From: an uncultured Acidobacteriota bacterium
GTDB taxonomy: Bacteria > Acidobacteriota > Vicinamibacteria > Vicinamibacterales > 2-12-FULL-66-21
Direction of reading: 5' to 3'
NCBI GenBank assembly: GCA_963717745.1
Contig: CAVQXJ010000011.1
Coordinates: forward strand, 127,942 to 191,941
DNA: 64,000 nt
Shown in pieces: positions 18,789 to 28,896 of this stretch. The translations under genes were made by a program, and so were the position numbers. Numbering within the stretch: position 1 is the stretch's first letter; every line of letters begins with the position of its first letter. The notes under the pieces were generated by a model, which saw only the letters and a program-made list of their open reading frames with translations, did no database searches and was not told where the DNA came from.

Positions 18789-18890
18789 ATGTCCTCTGAT
18801 GCTCCGGCCACGCGTATGTACGCGCTGGTCGTCGTCTGTGAAGTCCTGACCATCATCGCGCTGTGGCTGCTCGGCCGCGCGTTCGCCTAG
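18789..18890 (+). CDS. 33-aa single-TM peptide upstream of a sodium:solute symporter (absent from the ORF track)
   Basis: MSSDAPATRMYALVVVCEVLTIIALWLLGRAFA*; GATAAT upstream; stop 3 nt before the symporter ATG. Confidence 0.6.
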   Translation: MSSDAPATRMYALVVVCEVLTIIALWLLGRAFA

Positions 18891-18893
18891 CCG

Positions 18894-20621
18894 ATGCACA
18901 TTCTTGACTGGGCCGTCGTCGCCGCCTACCTGGTGTGGATGGTCTGGGACGGCGTGCGCCGTACCGAAGGCTCGGACAAGGTCGAAGGCTATCTGCTGGC
19001 GAACCGCAGCCTGCCGTGGTGGGCGGTCGGCCTGTCGGTGATGGCGACGCAGCTGAGTGCGATCACGCTGGTTGGCGCCACCGGGCAGGGCTACGCCGAC
19101 GGCATGCGGTTCGTGCAGTTCTATTTCGGCCTGCCGATCGCGATGATCATCCTGAGCGTGACGCTGGTGCCGTTCTTCTATCGCGCCCGCGTCTACACCG
19201 CCTACGAGTACCTCGAACGCCGCTTCGATCTGAAGACGCGGACGTTGGCGAGCGTGCTGTTCCTGTGCTCGCGCGGGCTGTCCTGTGGGGTGATCATCGC
19301 GGCGCCGGCGGTGATCCTGTCGATCATCCTCGGCTGGAACCTGACCCTGACGATCCTCGCGATTGGCCTTCCGACCGCGGTCTACACCATGGTCGGCGGC
19401 GTCCAGGCGGTGACCTGGACCGACGTCAAACAGATGGTGGTCATCGTCGTCGGCCTGGTGGCGGTGATCCTCGCGCTGATCCTGGGGCTGCCGGGGGATG
19501 TCAGCTTCGGCGAGGCGATGCACGTGGCCGGCGCGGCCGGACGTCTGAAGGCGGTCGACTTCCGCTTCGACTGGAGCCAGACCTACACCTTCTGGTCGGG
19601 TCTGCTCGGCGGGCTGTTCCTGATGCTGTCGTATTTCGGCTGCGATCAGAGCCAGGTGCAGCGCTACCTGACCGCCAAGTCGGTGGCGGAAGGGCGCGAC
19701 TCGCTGATGATGAGCGCGTTCGTCAAGATCCCGCTGCAGGCGCTGGTGCTGCTGACCGGCGTGCTGGTGTTCGTGTTCTATCTGTTCCAGCAGCCGCCGA
19801 TGCTGTTCAACCGGGTGCACGCGGAGCAGATCGCGTCGAGCGAGCGCGCGGCCGAGTTCCAGCGGCTGGAGGCCGAGTTCGGCGCGGCGTTCCAGGCCCG
19901 GCGCGGCGCCGCCGCGGCGCTCGCCGACGCCGGCGACGGTCCAGTCAGAGCCACGGCCGCCGACGCGTTCCGCACCACCGACGCCGAAGTCAAAGCGATC
20001 CGGGCCAGGGCCGCGCAGCTGGTGCGCGAGGTGACCGGCGACGAGCGCTATCGCGATCGCACCGGTGACACCCCCGCCCCCGACGTCAACTACGTGTTTC
20101 CCACGTTCGTGACGACCCGGCTGCCGATCGGCATGGTGGGTTTGATCATCGCGGCGATCTTCGCGGCGGCGATGTCGTCGATCGCCGCGGAATTGAACTC
20201 GCTCGCGACCTCGAGCGTGATCGACATCTACCGGCGGCTGCTGAAGCCGACCGCCACCGACGCGCACTACCTGTCGGTCTCGAAGCGGCTGACCGGCTTC
20301 TGGGGGATCGTCGCCTGCATCGTGGCGATGTATGCGGCCGGGCTCGGGTCACTCATCGAAGTGGTGAACCGGTTCGGGTCGTTCTTTTACGGGTCGCTGC
20401 TCGGTGTGTTCGTGCTGGCGCTCGGGTTCAGGCGGGCAACCGGCACCGGCGCCTTCGTCGGGCTGATCGCCGGCATGGCGGTGGTGGCGGTGGTGGCGCT
20501 CCACCCGGCGACCAGCGGCATCTCGTTTCTGTGGCACAACCCGATCGGCGTAATCGCCGTCGTCGTGGTCGGATCGCTGGTCAGCCTGATGACGAAGCCG
20601 GTCGCGGGGACCCCGGCATGA
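18894..20621 (+). CDS. Sodium:solute symporter (SSS family)
   Basis: [56 protein letters not shown]. Confidence 0.92.
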   Translation: MHILDWAVVAAYLVWMVWDGVRRTEGSDKVEGYLLANRSLPWWAVGLSVMATQLSAITLVGATGQGYADGMRFVQFYFGLPIAMIILSVTLVPFFYRARVYTAYEYLERRFDLKTRTLASVLFLCSRGLSCGVIIAAPAVILSIILGWNLTLTILAIGLPTAVYTMVGGVQAVTWTDVKQMVVIVVGLVAVILALILGLPGDVSFGEAMHVAGAAGRLKAVDFRFDWSQTYTFWSGLLGGLFLMLSYFGCDQSQVQRYLTAKSVAEGRDSLMMSAFVKIPLQALVLLTGVLVFVFYLFQQPPMLFNRVHAEQIASSERAAEFQRLEAEFGAAFQARRGAAAALADAGDGPVRATAADAFRTTDAEVKAIRARAAQLVREVTGDERYRDRTGDTPAPDVNYVFPTFVTTRLPIGMVGLIIAAIFAAAMSSIAAELNSLATSSVIDIYRRLLKPTATDAHYLSVSKRLTGFWGIVACIVAMYAAGLGSLIEVVNRFGSFFYGSLLGVFVLALGFRRATGTGAFVGLIAGMAVVAVVALHPATSGISFLWHNPIGVIAVVVVGSLVSLMTKPVAGTPA

Positions 20622-22184
20622 AGATCCTGGCCGGGATCACGGCGATCGTGATGGTGCTCGGCGCGCCGCAGCCGGCGCGCTACGACCTCGCCATCGTCGG
20701 CGGTCAGGTGGTGGATGGCTCCGGCCAGCCGGCGCGGCGGGTGGACGTGGCGATCGCTCAGGGGCGGATCGCGGCGATGGGCACGATCGCCCGGGGCGAG
20801 GCGCGAGAGGTGATCGACGCGGCCGGGCTGATCGTGGCGCCGGGCTTCATCGACGTGCACACGCACGCCGACGATCTGGCCGATCACCCGCTCGCGGACA
20901 ACTTCGTGCGGATGGGGGTGACCACGATCATCGCGGGCAACTGCGGCTCGTCGGCGCTGGATGTCGGCGAAGCGCTGGCGAACATCAGCCGGGCCGGCGC
21001 TTCGGTGAACTTCGCGACGCTGATCGGCCACAACACGGTGCGTGCCGAGGTGATGGGGACGGCCAGTCGATTGCCGTCGATCCCGGAGCTGACCCGCATG
21101 CGCTCGCTGGTGTGGCGCGCGATGGCAGACGGTGCGGTCGGCTTTTCCACCGGCCTCCAGTACGTGCCTGGGACCTACGCGAAGACGCCGGAGATCATCG
21201 ACCTGGCGCGCGTCGCGGGTAATGCCGGCGGGGTCTACGCCACCCACATGCGGAACGAAGGGACCGCGCTCGAGGCCGCGGTGGAGGAATCGATTCGCGT
21301 CGGCTCGACTATCGGCGGGCGGGTGCAGATCTCGCATCTGAAAGTCGACAGCCCGAGCCGGTGGGGGGCCAGCGCCCAGGCGCTGGCGATGATCGACGCC
21401 GCCCGCAGCCGCGGCGTCGACGTGATGGCCGACCAGTACGCCTACACCGCGGCGAGCTCGACGCTCGGCATCCGTTTTCCTTCGTGGGCCCTCGAAGGAG
21501 GACAGACCGCGATGGCGGCGCGCCTGGAGGATCCGCAGCAATGGGCGCGCATCAAGCGCGAGATGGCCGGCCTTCTGGCGGAGCGCGGGCTCAAGGACCT
21601 GTCGTTCGCGGTGGTCGCCTCACACGCCGCCAACCCGTCGCTGAACGGTCTCAACATGGCGCAGGTCGCGGCGAAGCTGAAGGGGTCCGACTCCGCCGAC
21701 GCGCAATTCGAGGCCGCTCGCGATCTGATGCTCGCCAACGGCGCGTCGATGGTCTATCACTTCATGTCGGACGACGATGTGAACCGCATCATGCGGCATC
21801 CGTTCGTGGCGATCGCCTCGGACGCGAGCGTGCTGGTCGCGGGCCAGGGCGCCCCTCATCCACGCGGCTACGGCAACAACGCGCGCGTGCTGGGCGAGTA
21901 CGTCCGCACCCGTCACGTGATCGCCCTGGAGGACGCGGTGCGCAAGATGACGTCGCTCCCCGCGGGGCATTTCAGGCTCGACCGCCGCGGGTTGTTGAAG
22001 GAGGGCTACGCCGCCGACGTGATCGTGTTCGACGCGGCGCGGGTGAAAGACGCGGCGACGTTCGAGAAACCGCACGCCTATGCGGCTGGCATTCCCTACG
22101 TCGCTGGTCAACGGCGTGGTGGTGGTGAAGAACGGCGAGCACACGAAGGCGAGGCCGGGAGTCGCTATTACACGGGGGAAATAG
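20618..22184 (+). CDS. N-acyl-D-amino-acid deacylase family amidohydrolase (frameshift near 22102)
   Basis: [40 protein letters not shown]; corrected tail [19 protein letters not shown] ends at TAG 22182-22184. Confidence 0.88.
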
Positions 22185-22386
22185 CGTCAAATCCCAAGCT
22201 CCAAGCTCCAAATCCCAACCACTCCCAAGCTCCAAAATCCCAATTCGAAATCCCAAGTTCCAAATTCCAAATTCCCAAGCTCCAAATCCCACGTCCTGCA
22301 GCGACTCGGCGATCTTGAGCTGGGGATTTGGGACTTTGGGATTTGGGAGTGGTTGGGATTTGGAGCTTGGAGCTTGGGATTTGACG
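22185..22386. repeat. Family A palindrome, copy 3
   Basis: Perfect 44-bp arms CGTCAAATCCCAAGCTCCAAGCTCCAAATCCCAACCACTCCCAA; fills the gap between two convergent stop codons exactly. Confidence 0.95.
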
Positions 22387-22893
22387 TTATTCGTCGAGCG
22401 CCAGATAGACCACCACCGGCGCGACAATCACCCAAATCCCCGCGGCGATGAGTGGCAGCGTGGTGTAGGCGGCCGCGCCGAGCAGCCAGGAGAAGCTGAC
22501 GTCGCGGGGCAGCGCGAGCCATTCCGGGCCGCCCATGGTGGCAATCGCTCCACGGATACCGGCCGAAGCGGCGGGCGCCAGCGCGATCGCGCCGAAGGCG
22601 GCGCAGATGGTCGCGATGACCTGGACGATCAGCAGCGGGCGGACCGCCAGCCGTGCGGCCTCTTCGCGGGCGCGAATCTGCGCCCGCCACCAGACGGCGC
22701 TCGCTGTCGGCACCACGGCCTCGGCCCGGGCGCAGTCGCGGTCCTCGAAGAATGCCGCGGCAATCTCGGCGACGTCGGCGCACACCGCGCATCCGGCGAC
22801 GTGGCTGCGCAGCGACTCGTCGGCCCGATCCGGCCACCGGCGCGCCGTGACCGCGTCCAGCAGCTCTTGCTCGAATGGACAATGGAGCTTCAC
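22387..22893 (-). CDS. Putative ZAS-type anti-sigma membrane protein
   Basis: HVAGCAVC (HxxxCxxC), C-terminal TMs, overlaps the ECF sigma stop. Confidence 0.75.
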   Translation of the reverse strand: MKLHCPFEQELLDAVTARRWPDRADESLRSHVAGCAVCADVAEIAAAFFEDRDCARAEAVVPTASAVWWRAQIRAREEAARLAVRPLLIVQVIATICAAFGAIALAPAASAGIRGAIATMGGPEWLALPRDVSFSWLLGAAAYTTLPLIAAGIWVIVAPVVVYLALDE

Positions 22894-23474
22894 AGTCCGC
22901 TCCTTTCTTGTGCCGCGCCGCGGCTGCCGGTCAGCAGGCCGGCCAGCCGGCGCCGGGCGCGGAACAGCAGCAGCTTGACGCTGGCGGTGCGCAGCCCAAG
23001 TGATTCGGCGATTTCCTTGTGCGACGAGCCCTGGGCGTAGGCCAGCCAGAGCAGCGCCCGTTCACGCGGCTTGAGGTGCGTCATCGCGCGCCGCAGGTCG
23101 GTGGCGCGTTCGGTGGCGGCCGCCTCGTCTCGGCGATCGGCGATCTCGCGCCCCGAGGTGTCGATCAGCGGCGCGACGCGGGCTCGGCGGCGGCTGTCGT
23201 GAATCAGGTTGGTGGCGATCCGGAACAGCGTGTTGCGCCGGTGGGCTTCCCCTTCGTAACTGCCGCGCGCCCGCAGGAACCGGTAATAGGCCTCCTGCAG
23301 TAAATCGTCGGCGAGCGCCCCGTCGCCGGTCACCCGCGCCAGGTACGCCCGGAGGCTCCGGGCGGTCCGGTCGTAGAAGCCGCGGAACGATTCCTCGTCC
23401 ATTTCGAGCGGTACGGTGGCGTCGGTCTCCTCGGTGCGGAGCCGCTCGATTTCGGTCAGCGTCAAGTCACGCAT
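22890..23474 (-). CDS. ECF RNA polymerase sigma factor
   Basis: ADDLLQEAY, LFRIATNLIHD, LKPRERALLWL, SHKEIAESLG, VKLLLFRARRRL. Confidence 0.92.
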   Translation of the reverse strand: MRDLTLTEIERLRTEETDATVPLEMDEESFRGFYDRTARSLRAYLARVTGDGALADDLLQEAYYRFLRARGSYEGEAHRRNTLFRIATNLIHDSRRRARVAPLIDTSGREIADRRDEAAATERATDLRRAMTHLKPRERALLWLAYAQGSSHKEIAESLGLRTASVKLLLFRARRRLAGLLTGSRGAAQERSGL

Positions 23475-24369
23475 GGTTTTCCGCCGCCCCCGGAGTGTGC
23501 CGATCCGGCCGGTCGAGCAGACCAAGCCGGCGCGAGAGCACGTATGCCGCCACCGCCGAGACCAGGAAACCGGCACCGACCGCGGTGGCCATGCACCCGG
23601 CGATGTAGAAAATCTCCTGGATTTCGAACAACGCCCGCCCGCTCAGGAACAAGAGCCCCAGGCCGGCGACGAGCAGGACCACGCCGAGCTGCATCGACCA
23701 CAGGATCCTCGAGAGCGGCGCCGCCACGGCCGGCGCCATGTCCTGCTGCAGCGGGCTGGGGCCCGATTCGAGGAAGCGTCGGCCTGATGGTGTCTGGACG
23801 TAAGTGATGAGCTCGTCGTTCGACGAAAATCGATCCATCAGCTTGGAGTGCACTTCTGCCTGGATTTTCGAGAGTCGGCTCCAGCGGCGCTGTTCGAGGA
23901 CGGTCCGGATAATCCAGACCAGCGTGCCCAGCAGGATGCCCGCCGCGCTGAACGCGGCAAATCCCGCCAGCACCGCCGCCGCCAGCTCGAGCTTGTCGTT
24001 ACGCTGGTAGCCATCGTTCGGGGAGACCCGGACGCCTTCGAGGTAGTACTGCGAGTTCTGCGGGACCTCGCTGTGCTGAGTCAGGAATTCCCGCAGCTCC
24101 GGATACGCCGCCAGGTAGCTTTCGCTGCGCATCAGGGACGGATCGAGCTTCAGGACCCGGCCGACCGAGGGCGGATGCTTCTCGAGAATCCGCATCAGCT
24201 CTTCGCGGGTCGACTGGGCGTCCATGGTGGTGACGGCGCTCGGGCGCTCCAGTCTCGGCGCCTGGGCCTGGGCGGCCTGGCCCAGGGCCGTCCCGACGAG
24301 GGGCGAACAGGTCAGGCCGAGGGCGATCGCCGCGGCGCCGAGCGGGAACCGGAAAGATGATGACTTCAT
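23467..24369 (-). CDS. Exported/membrane hypothetical protein in the ECF operon
   Basis: Signal peptide, soluble domain, 3 TMs; overlaps the sigma start. Confidence 0.7.
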   Translation of the reverse strand: MKSSSFRFPLGAAAIALGLTCSPLVGTALGQAAQAQAPRLERPSAVTTMDAQSTREELMRILEKHPPSVGRVLKLDPSLMRSESYLAAYPELREFLTQHSEVPQNSQYYLEGVRVSPNDGYQRNDKLELAAAVLAGFAAFSAAGILLGTLVWIIRTVLEQRRWSRLSKIQAEVHSKLMDRFSSNDELITYVQTPSGRRFLESGPSPLQQDMAPAVAAPLSRILWSMQLGVVLLVAGLGLLFLSGRALFEIQEIFYIAGCMATAVGAGFLVSAVAAYVLSRRLGLLDRPDRHTPGAAENHA

Positions 24370-24430
24370 GCCCTCTAGATACGCGCAGGGGGGGAGGGGG
24401 TTAACAGGAACGAATCGTAATCCCCGATGT

Positions 24431-24490
24431 CGGGATCTCAGGGATTCGGGATTCGGGATTCGCTGATTAGGGATTAGGGATTAGGGATTT
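24431..24490. repeat. Heptamer tandem tract (GGGATTC)x3 followed by (GGGATTA)-type units
   Basis: Read directly. Confidence 0.85.
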
Positions 24491-24493
24491 GAA

Positions 24494-25447
24494 TCAGCGA
24501 CCAGCCACCTCCATCATCCGGTCGACCCCCACGTTTCCTCCGCTGACGATCGCCACGATCGGGCCCTCTATCCGCTCTTTGGCATCGATCACGCCCGAAA
24601 GCACCGCGGCGATGCTGGCGGCGCCGCTCGGTTCGGCGACCACTTTCGCCCGGCTGAACGCCCACACCACCGCTTCGAGGATCTGGTCATCGGTGACCGT
24701 CACGACGCCATCGCCCAGCCGGCTGACGCAGTCGAACGTCAGATCCCCCGGCCGCATCGGGATCAACCCATCGGCGATGCTGGCGGTCTTGGGCAGCGTG
24801 ACCGGATGGCCGGCGGCGAGCGAGGCGTGCATCGCGGCCGCACCCTCCGGCTCGACGCCGATGACGCGGACCCCGGGGCGGGTCTGCTTGACCGCCGCCA
24901 CGACCCCCGCGATCAGCCCTCCGCCGCCGATCGGCACCACGATCGCGGCCACGCCTGGCAGCTGGTCGAGGATCTCCAGACCGACCGTGCCCTGGCCCGC
25001 GATGATCCACTCGTGATCGAATGGCGGGACGATCGTGAGCCCCCGCGCCACCGCCTCGGTTTCGGCCCGCGCCCGCCGGTCCGCCGAGGTCGTGCCCTCG
25101 AAGATCACTTCCGCGCCGTAGGCCCTCGCCCCGTCGACTTTCACGCGCGGGGCCGTGGTCGGCATCACCACCACCGCCGGTGCCCCGAGCGCGCGCGCGG
25201 CGAGCGCCATGGCCTGCCCGTGATTGCCCGACGAAAAGGTGATGACGCCGCGCTGCCGCTCGTCGGCGGTCAGCTGCGCGACCATGTTGTAGGCCCCGCG
25301 AATCTTGAACGCGCCGCTCGGCTGCATGTTCTCGCACTTGAGCAGCAGCGGCCGCCCGGCGTGCGCGGAGACGTCGATGAGCGGCGTGACGCTGGCGACG
25401 CCTGCGATGCGCTCGCGAGCGGCGTGAATATCGGAAAGCGTGATCAC
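24494..25447 (-). CDS. PLP-dependent threonine/serine dehydratase (racemase-like)
   Basis: LKCENMQPSGAFKIRGA, SSGNHGQA, PPFDH, PIGGGGLIAG, VSGGN. Confidence 0.9.
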   Translation of the reverse strand: MITLSDIHAARERIAGVASVTPLIDVSAHAGRPLLLKCENMQPSGAFKIRGAYNMVAQLTADERQRGVITFSSGNHGQAMALAARALGAPAVVVMPTTAPRVKVDGARAYGAEVIFEGTTSADRRARAETEAVARGLTIVPPFDHEWIIAGQGTVGLEILDQLPGVAAIVVPIGGGGLIAGVVAAVKQTRPGVRVIGVEPEGAAAMHASLAAGHPVTLPKTASIADGLIPMRPGDLTFDCVSRLGDGVVTVTDDQILEAVVWAFSRAKVVAEPSGAASIAAVLSGVIDAKERIEGPIVAIVSGGNVGVDRMMEVAGR

Positions 25448-25472
25448 GTCTGTGATTGTAGCTGTCGCTGTC

Positions 25473-25640
25473 TCCGTAGTCCGCGGGCTCGCGGTTCGCG
25501 GGGTCCGTCGCCAGCCGCTCGAGGCCGTGGGGTCGAACGCGCGCCAACCAGCTCGATGCGAAGCCTTCAACCCTGATGTCTCGAACCCTCTGAAAGATTT
25601 GACGGACCGTGAACAGCGGACTACGGACTACGGACCGCGG
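25473..25640. repeat. Palindromic element with heptamer arms (GGACTAC/GGTTCGC type)
   Basis: TCCGTAGTCCGC (25473) vs GCGGACTACGGA (25616), perfect 12 bp, flanked by tandem heptamers. Confidence 0.65.
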
Positions 25641-25653
25641 AAGCGGAAGCGTT

Positions 25654-26427
25654 CTATTTCCACCGCTTCCGAATCATCAGCACTAGCACGTCGTGCGCAC
25701 TGAACGTGCGCTGGTAGGTCGGGCCAGTCGGGCCAGCCACGAAGTTCACCGAAGTCCCCGTCAGCATGTTCTGCCAGACCGCTTCCGGGACGGCGGGCGG
25801 GAACGTCAGCGTCACCTCGCGCGGTGCGGCGGCATGATTCACGGCGATCAACAGCAGCGCGTCCGGCGACTCCAGCCAGCGTGCCTCGACGTCGTCCTGG
25901 CCGCCCTCAATCGCGATCGCGCGGTCGCCGGTGGCGTCGACGCGCCGCAGCGGCGCGTACAGCGCAGGATTGAGGGCGAGCGCCTCGGCGAAAGAGGCCG
26001 CTTCGGCCAGCGCGCCGTCGTTCTTCTGCAGCGTCTGCCAGCCGTCGAAGATCACGCCCACTGCGCGCGCCGCGAGTCGCGTCCAGGCCGCTTCGCGGAC
26101 GCGGTCCGGCGCCGTCTGCGCCGTTACCGCCACGAGGCCGAAGTCCGCCGCCGTAGCTCTCAATGGGGCACCGTCGGCTCCGGCGAGCAACCGATCGATC
26201 CAGACGATCTTCAAGGCGCCGGGACTGAGGGTGTCGGGGACGGCGACGACGGTGAACCGGAGGCGCTGGATGGTTTCGAGATCGGTCTTCCGGCGGACCG
26301 GATCGGGATCGGGGTCGTACCGCACACCCACCGGAACGACGTCGAAGGACGGCTGTCTCGAGGCCGCGTGAGGCGCGGCGATCACCGCGCCGAGGGCCAC
26401 CGTCATGAGAGCGACGCGGATCGTCAT
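25654..26427 (-). CDS. Secreted hypothetical protein
   Basis: Signal peptide; beta-sandwich-like C-terminus; overlaps the upstream gene stop. Confidence 0.65.
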   Translation of the reverse strand: MTIRVALMTVALGAVIAAPHAASRQPSFDVVPVGVRYDPDPDPVRRKTDLETIQRLRFTVVAVPDTLSPGALKIVWIDRLLAGADGAPLRATAADFGLVAVTAQTAPDRVREAAWTRLAARAVGVIFDGWQTLQKNDGALAEAASFAEALALNPALYAPLRRVDATGDRAIAIEGGQDDVEARWLESPDALLLIAVNHAAAPREVTLTFPPAVPEAVWQNMLTGTSVNFVAGPTGPTYQRTFSAHDVLVLMIRKRWK

Positions 26428-27215
26428 CGCAGCGGCGACCGGATCCGCCCGTACCTGGCGTGCAGTGCCTGATCGACGGCGTACGCGAGCAGACCGAACG
26501 CGATGAAGGCCAGCAGCCAGCGGCCCGGCCCGGCGCCAGCCAGCTCCAGGATCGATCCTCGCACGCCGGCGGCCGCGCGCGGGTTGTGCAGATAGGCGGC
26601 TCGCATCAGCAGGATGCCGAGCACGACGATGATCAGGGCGCGCGCGCCGACGCCGAAACGGCAGATCCGGGTCAGGAGCCGCCGGCGTGCCGGATCCAGC
26701 GCGGTCAGATTCTTCGTCTCGTCGTCGGTGTCCCTGATCGCGGCAACGATTTCGGACACGCCGTAGGCTGCGGTGATGGCGCCGAGGAGGCCGACCAGCC
26801 AGTCACCCATGGGCAGCGCCAGCAGCGTCGCCGCCCAGAGCCGGACCGTGGTGTCGGTGCCATGAGACGCTCGCAGGCCGCGCGCCAGCCTGAACGCCTC
26901 GATGCCGAGGCCGCCGTAGACCACCCCGCGGATCACGTGGCCAATCCGGATGACCAGTCCTTGGAAACCAGTGCCGCGCCGTTCCGGATCGAGGAACGCG
27001 TCGAGCAGGCGCCAGAGGCCGTAGCCGCACAGTCCCACCGCGAGCACGAAGAGCAGGATGTTCCCGAAGGGATGCGACAGGATCACGCGGAGCGCGCCGC
27101 GCGTGTCGGTCACTCTTCCGCCGCGATTCAGGGCCACCGCGGCCGCGAGCACGCCGACGATCGCATAGACGAACGCCTTGGACGCGTATCCGAGCCGGAC
27201 GAGGGATTCAATCAT
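26424..27215 (-). CDS. DUF1206 family membrane protein
   Basis: RLGYASKAFVYAIVG repeats, LSHPFG, GYGLWR, GRWLL. Confidence 0.8.
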   Translation of the reverse strand: MIESLVRLGYASKAFVYAIVGVLAAAVALNRGGRVTDTRGALRVILSHPFGNILLFVLAVGLCGYGLWRLLDAFLDPERRGTGFQGLVIRIGHVIRGVVYGGLGIEAFRLARGLRASHGTDTTVRLWAATLLALPMGDWLVGLLGAITAAYGVSEIVAAIRDTDDETKNLTALDPARRRLLTRICRFGVGARALIIVVLGILLMRAAYLHNPRAAAGVRGSILELAGAGPGRWLLAFIAFGLLAYAVDQALHARYGRIRSPLR

Positions 27216-27712
27216 CAGCGGAGCGCATTGCTGAAGAAGAGATCGTGATCGCCCGGCGGCTCGTGCCCGGCCAGGCGGACGGCGAGCGCGATCTGCGCCC
27301 AGTGCCTGATCTCGTGGATCAGGGTGTGAAACAACAGCTTGCGCGACGTCATCGAGACCTGCCGCTCGCGAACCACGAACGTCCGCAGCTCGTCGGCGAC
27401 GTCGGCATCGAGATCGCCGGCGAACTGCTCGAGCTCGCGGCGCACCGAGGCGCCGTAGTCGAAGAGCGGCGGGACATTGCTGCCGGTCAGGCCGGTGGAT
27501 CTCGACAGCTCCTCGCCCATCAGACGCTGCAGATGCCGCCGCTCGACGAGAAAGATGTGGTCGATCAGCTTCCCGACGGTGGGCAGTGCCCCACCTGGCT
27601 GCACGGCCGCCTCCATCGCCTGGGGACGCGCGGTGAGCCAGATCCGCCACCTGTCGCGCTCGCCCGCCGTGTAGCGCAACAGCTCATCCAGTCGAAGGGT
27701 GATGGAAGACAT
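27215..27712 (-). CDS. DinB family protein
   Basis: HIFLVERRH, HTLIHEIRHWAQI His triad. Confidence 0.85.
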   Translation of the reverse strand: MSSITLRLDELLRYTAGERDRWRIWLTARPQAMEAAVQPGGALPTVGKLIDHIFLVERRHLQRLMGEELSRSTGLTGSNVPPLFDYGASVRRELEQFAGDLDADVADELRTFVVRERQVSMTSRKLLFHTLIHEIRHWAQIALAVRLAGHEPPGDHDLFFSNALR

Positions 27713-27728
27713 GATCAGATAATGCCGT

Positions 27729-28896
27729 ATGTTCTCCGCGCGGGTGCCACCGCCGCTGCAGCGCAACGCATTTTCGAAAGCGCTCGACGCGGCGCGCGCG
27801 GCGGGACGCGATCTGATCGACCTGACGATCAGCAACCCGACCCGCACCGGGATCGCCTATCCACCCCACCTGTTCGCGCCGCTCGCCAGCGCCGGGGTCG
27901 CCGAGTACCACCCGGAGCCGTTCGGCCTGCGCAGCGCGCGCGAAGCCGTCGCCGCTGATTATGCCCGCCGATCGCTCTTCGCGCCCTGGGATCGGATCGT
28001 CCTCACCGCGAGCACCAGCGAGGCGTACTCGGTGTTGTTCAAGCTGCTGTGCGCACCGGCCGGCGATCGGGTGCTGGTGCCGGCGCCCAGCTATCCGCTG
28101 TTCGACCATCTGTCGGCGCTGGACGGCGTCAGCGCGATGCCATACGAGCTCCTCTACGACGGCCGCTGGTGGGTCGACTTCGATAGCGTCCGAGGCTGCC
28201 TGGGACGGTTCGACCCGAGCCCTGCTCGCCGTCAGTCCCAACAACCCGACCGGATCGGTGCTGTCGGACGACGAACGGAGTGGACTGAGGGCGCTGTGCG
28301 CGGCGCGCGACGCGGCGCTCATCGTAGACGAGGTGTTCGCGGACTACATCTTCGGGCCGGCCGGACCCGGCGAAGACGACGCCGGGCCGCCATCCTGCCT
28401 GACCTTCCGGCTCGGCGGCCTGTCGAAGTCGGCGGCGCTGCCGCAGGTGAAGCTGGGATGGATCGCGGTGAACGGTCCCGCGGCGCTCGTGGACGAGGCA
28501 CTCGGCCGGCTCGAGCTGATTTGCGACACCTATCTCTCGGTGTCGACCCCGGTGCAGGTGGCCGCCGCCGATCTGATTGCCGGCGGGGCCGGCCCTCGCG
28601 CACAGGTGCTCGAACGCGTCCGTGCGAACTATCGCCTGCTGCGCGAGCTCGCGGCGCAGTACCCCTCGGTCGAGGTCCTGAACGCCGACGGCGGCTGGTC
28701 GGCGGTGATCCGCGTGGCGGCCAACGCCAGCGAGGAAGCGATCACCCTCGAGCTGCTCGAACGGGACGGCGTCGTGGTGTATCCCGGATTCTTTTTCGAC
28801 TTCCCGCACGAGGCGTTCCTGGTGGTGAGCCTGCTGCCGACGGCCGCGCAGTTTCATGAAGGCATCCGCCGTGTCCTGGAGCGTGTCGATGCCTGA
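27729..28896 (+). CDS. PLP-dependent aminotransferase class I/II (frameshift near 28190)
   Basis: DLTISNPT, TASTSEAY, PSYPLF, then SPNNPTG, DEVF, GGLSKS, KLGW. Confidence 0.88.

Noticed and set aside
18369-18856. Short ORFs rich in SQIPNP / WDLGVG peptides (also near 30451, 35739, 39453, 39490)
   Set aside because: They are translations of the heptamer arms, not independent genes
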